A stretch of 64,000 nt of DNA from Candidatus Thiothrix sulfatifontis (GTDB lineage: Bacteria; Pseudomonadota; Gammaproteobacteria; Thiotrichales; Thiotrichaceae), in contig CP094685.1 in the NCBI GenBank assembly GCA_022828425.1, positions 3,016,046-3,080,045 of the forward strand. Direction: 5' to 3'. Below, piece after piece: positions 63,373 to 64,000 of the stretch; the stretch's first letter is position 1; each line of letters begins with the position of its first letter. The notes under the pieces are model-generated. The model did no database searches and was not told the DNA's origin. It saw only the letters and a program-made list of their open reading frames with translations. The translations under genes and the position numbers were made by a program.

Positions 63373-64000
63373 TCACTCACGCCCCGGACTTTTGTAGTCT
63401 TGGAGCAGTAAATAAGCTAAATCACTGCGCTCTTGCTCGCTCAAGGCGTGGGTTTGACCCCGATGCAACAAAGCTTCAAGCTGGTTTTGACGCACCTGCC
63501 GCCTGATTTGTTGCAGACAGTCGGCAAATTCACGCCGTATAACGGTTTCATCGTCCGTTTCGGGTCGCCAATTGGTGAGGCGTTGGATAACAGCCTCGTG
63601 TTCGGTCTGGCGAAAGCGTTCTAGCAAACCCGCCAAATGTATATGGGGGTTCTCCTCGATGTTTTCAATGATAGCTGCCAGCAATGCGGTACCGGGCAGG
63701 TCATAGCCAAGAATCTGTTCAGAACTGCCAGCAATTTCCACCAATGCCGGGTGATGCAATAACAGCGCAATCGCGTGCCGGATAGGGGTGCGCCGCACGT
63801 CTTGGTCGCCCAAGCGCGTTTGATTATAGGCGAGTGGCGCATCACCCGTTGAACTTTTTTTCAGGTGACGGCGCACCAGCTCCAAAGGCGTGTTGGTAAG
63901 TGTAGACAATTCTCCGAGAATTTGCTCGCGCAGCAAAATAACCGGCATGGTCACGAGTAATTTCACCCCGTCATTTAACAAGCGCGACTTGCCTTCCTTG
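63373..64000 (-). CDS. dnaG: DNA primase, C-terminal part (gene continues past window end)
   Basis: ORF is open to the window edge. The C-terminal helicase-interaction-type sequence and the position upstream of rpoD match the rpsU-dnaG-rpoD operon. Confidence 0.8.
   Translation of the reverse strand, partial: KEGKSRLLNDGVKLLVTMPVILLREQILGELSTLTNTPLELVRRHLKKSSTGDAPLAYNQTRLGDQDVRRTPIRHAIALLLHHPALVEIAGSSEQILGYDLPGTALLAAIIENIEENPHIHLAGLLERFRQTEHEAVIQRLTNWRPETDDETVIRREFADCLQQIRRQVRQNQLEALLHRGQTHALSEQERSDLAYLLLQDYKSPGRE

Overview
This 64-kb window looks like a gammaproteobacterial chromosome with E. coli-type synteny: aceE, rnt, potABCD, rluD-pgeF/bamD, rpe-gph, prfB-lysS and dnaG-rpoD-tRNA(CAT). 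A DsrC/TusE-like gene hints at a sulfur oxidiser, but that is unproven. Positions 1-30.8 kb and 61.4-64 kb are mostly ordinary core genes with three small accessory inserts: a TumE-like TA pair splitting rluD-pgeF, a YhfG-Fic module beside an ABC-ATPase remnant, and a chrBA/MBL cluster bracketed by two DUF4395 paralogues. Positions 30846-61384 form a ~30.5-kb composite genomic island bounded by a 47-bp direct repeat of the 3-prime part of the tRNA(CAT) gene. It consists of two tandem, syntenic ~15-kb integrative elements, A (30.8-46.6 kb) and B (46.6-61.4 kb). Each element carries these parts: a P4-type tyrosine integrase; a ProQ/FinO-domain protein; a TA-rich variable region; a conserved hairpin plus leader followed by a non-homologous cargo gene; a conserved promoter plus alternative-hairpin terminator (candidate small RNA or attenuator); an AlpA-like HTH protein; an HUH rolling-circle Rep, from a different family in A and B; a hyper-acidic 70-aa protein; membrane proteins; and in-frame arrays of perfect palindromes. 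The A/B junction looks like an unrecombined attP with a tRNA-Leu-type core. Several island genes are frameshifted or IS-disrupted. All functional calls rest on manual motif recognition and A-versus-B comparison, with no database search. Start codons were chosen by RBS inspection and are provisional.
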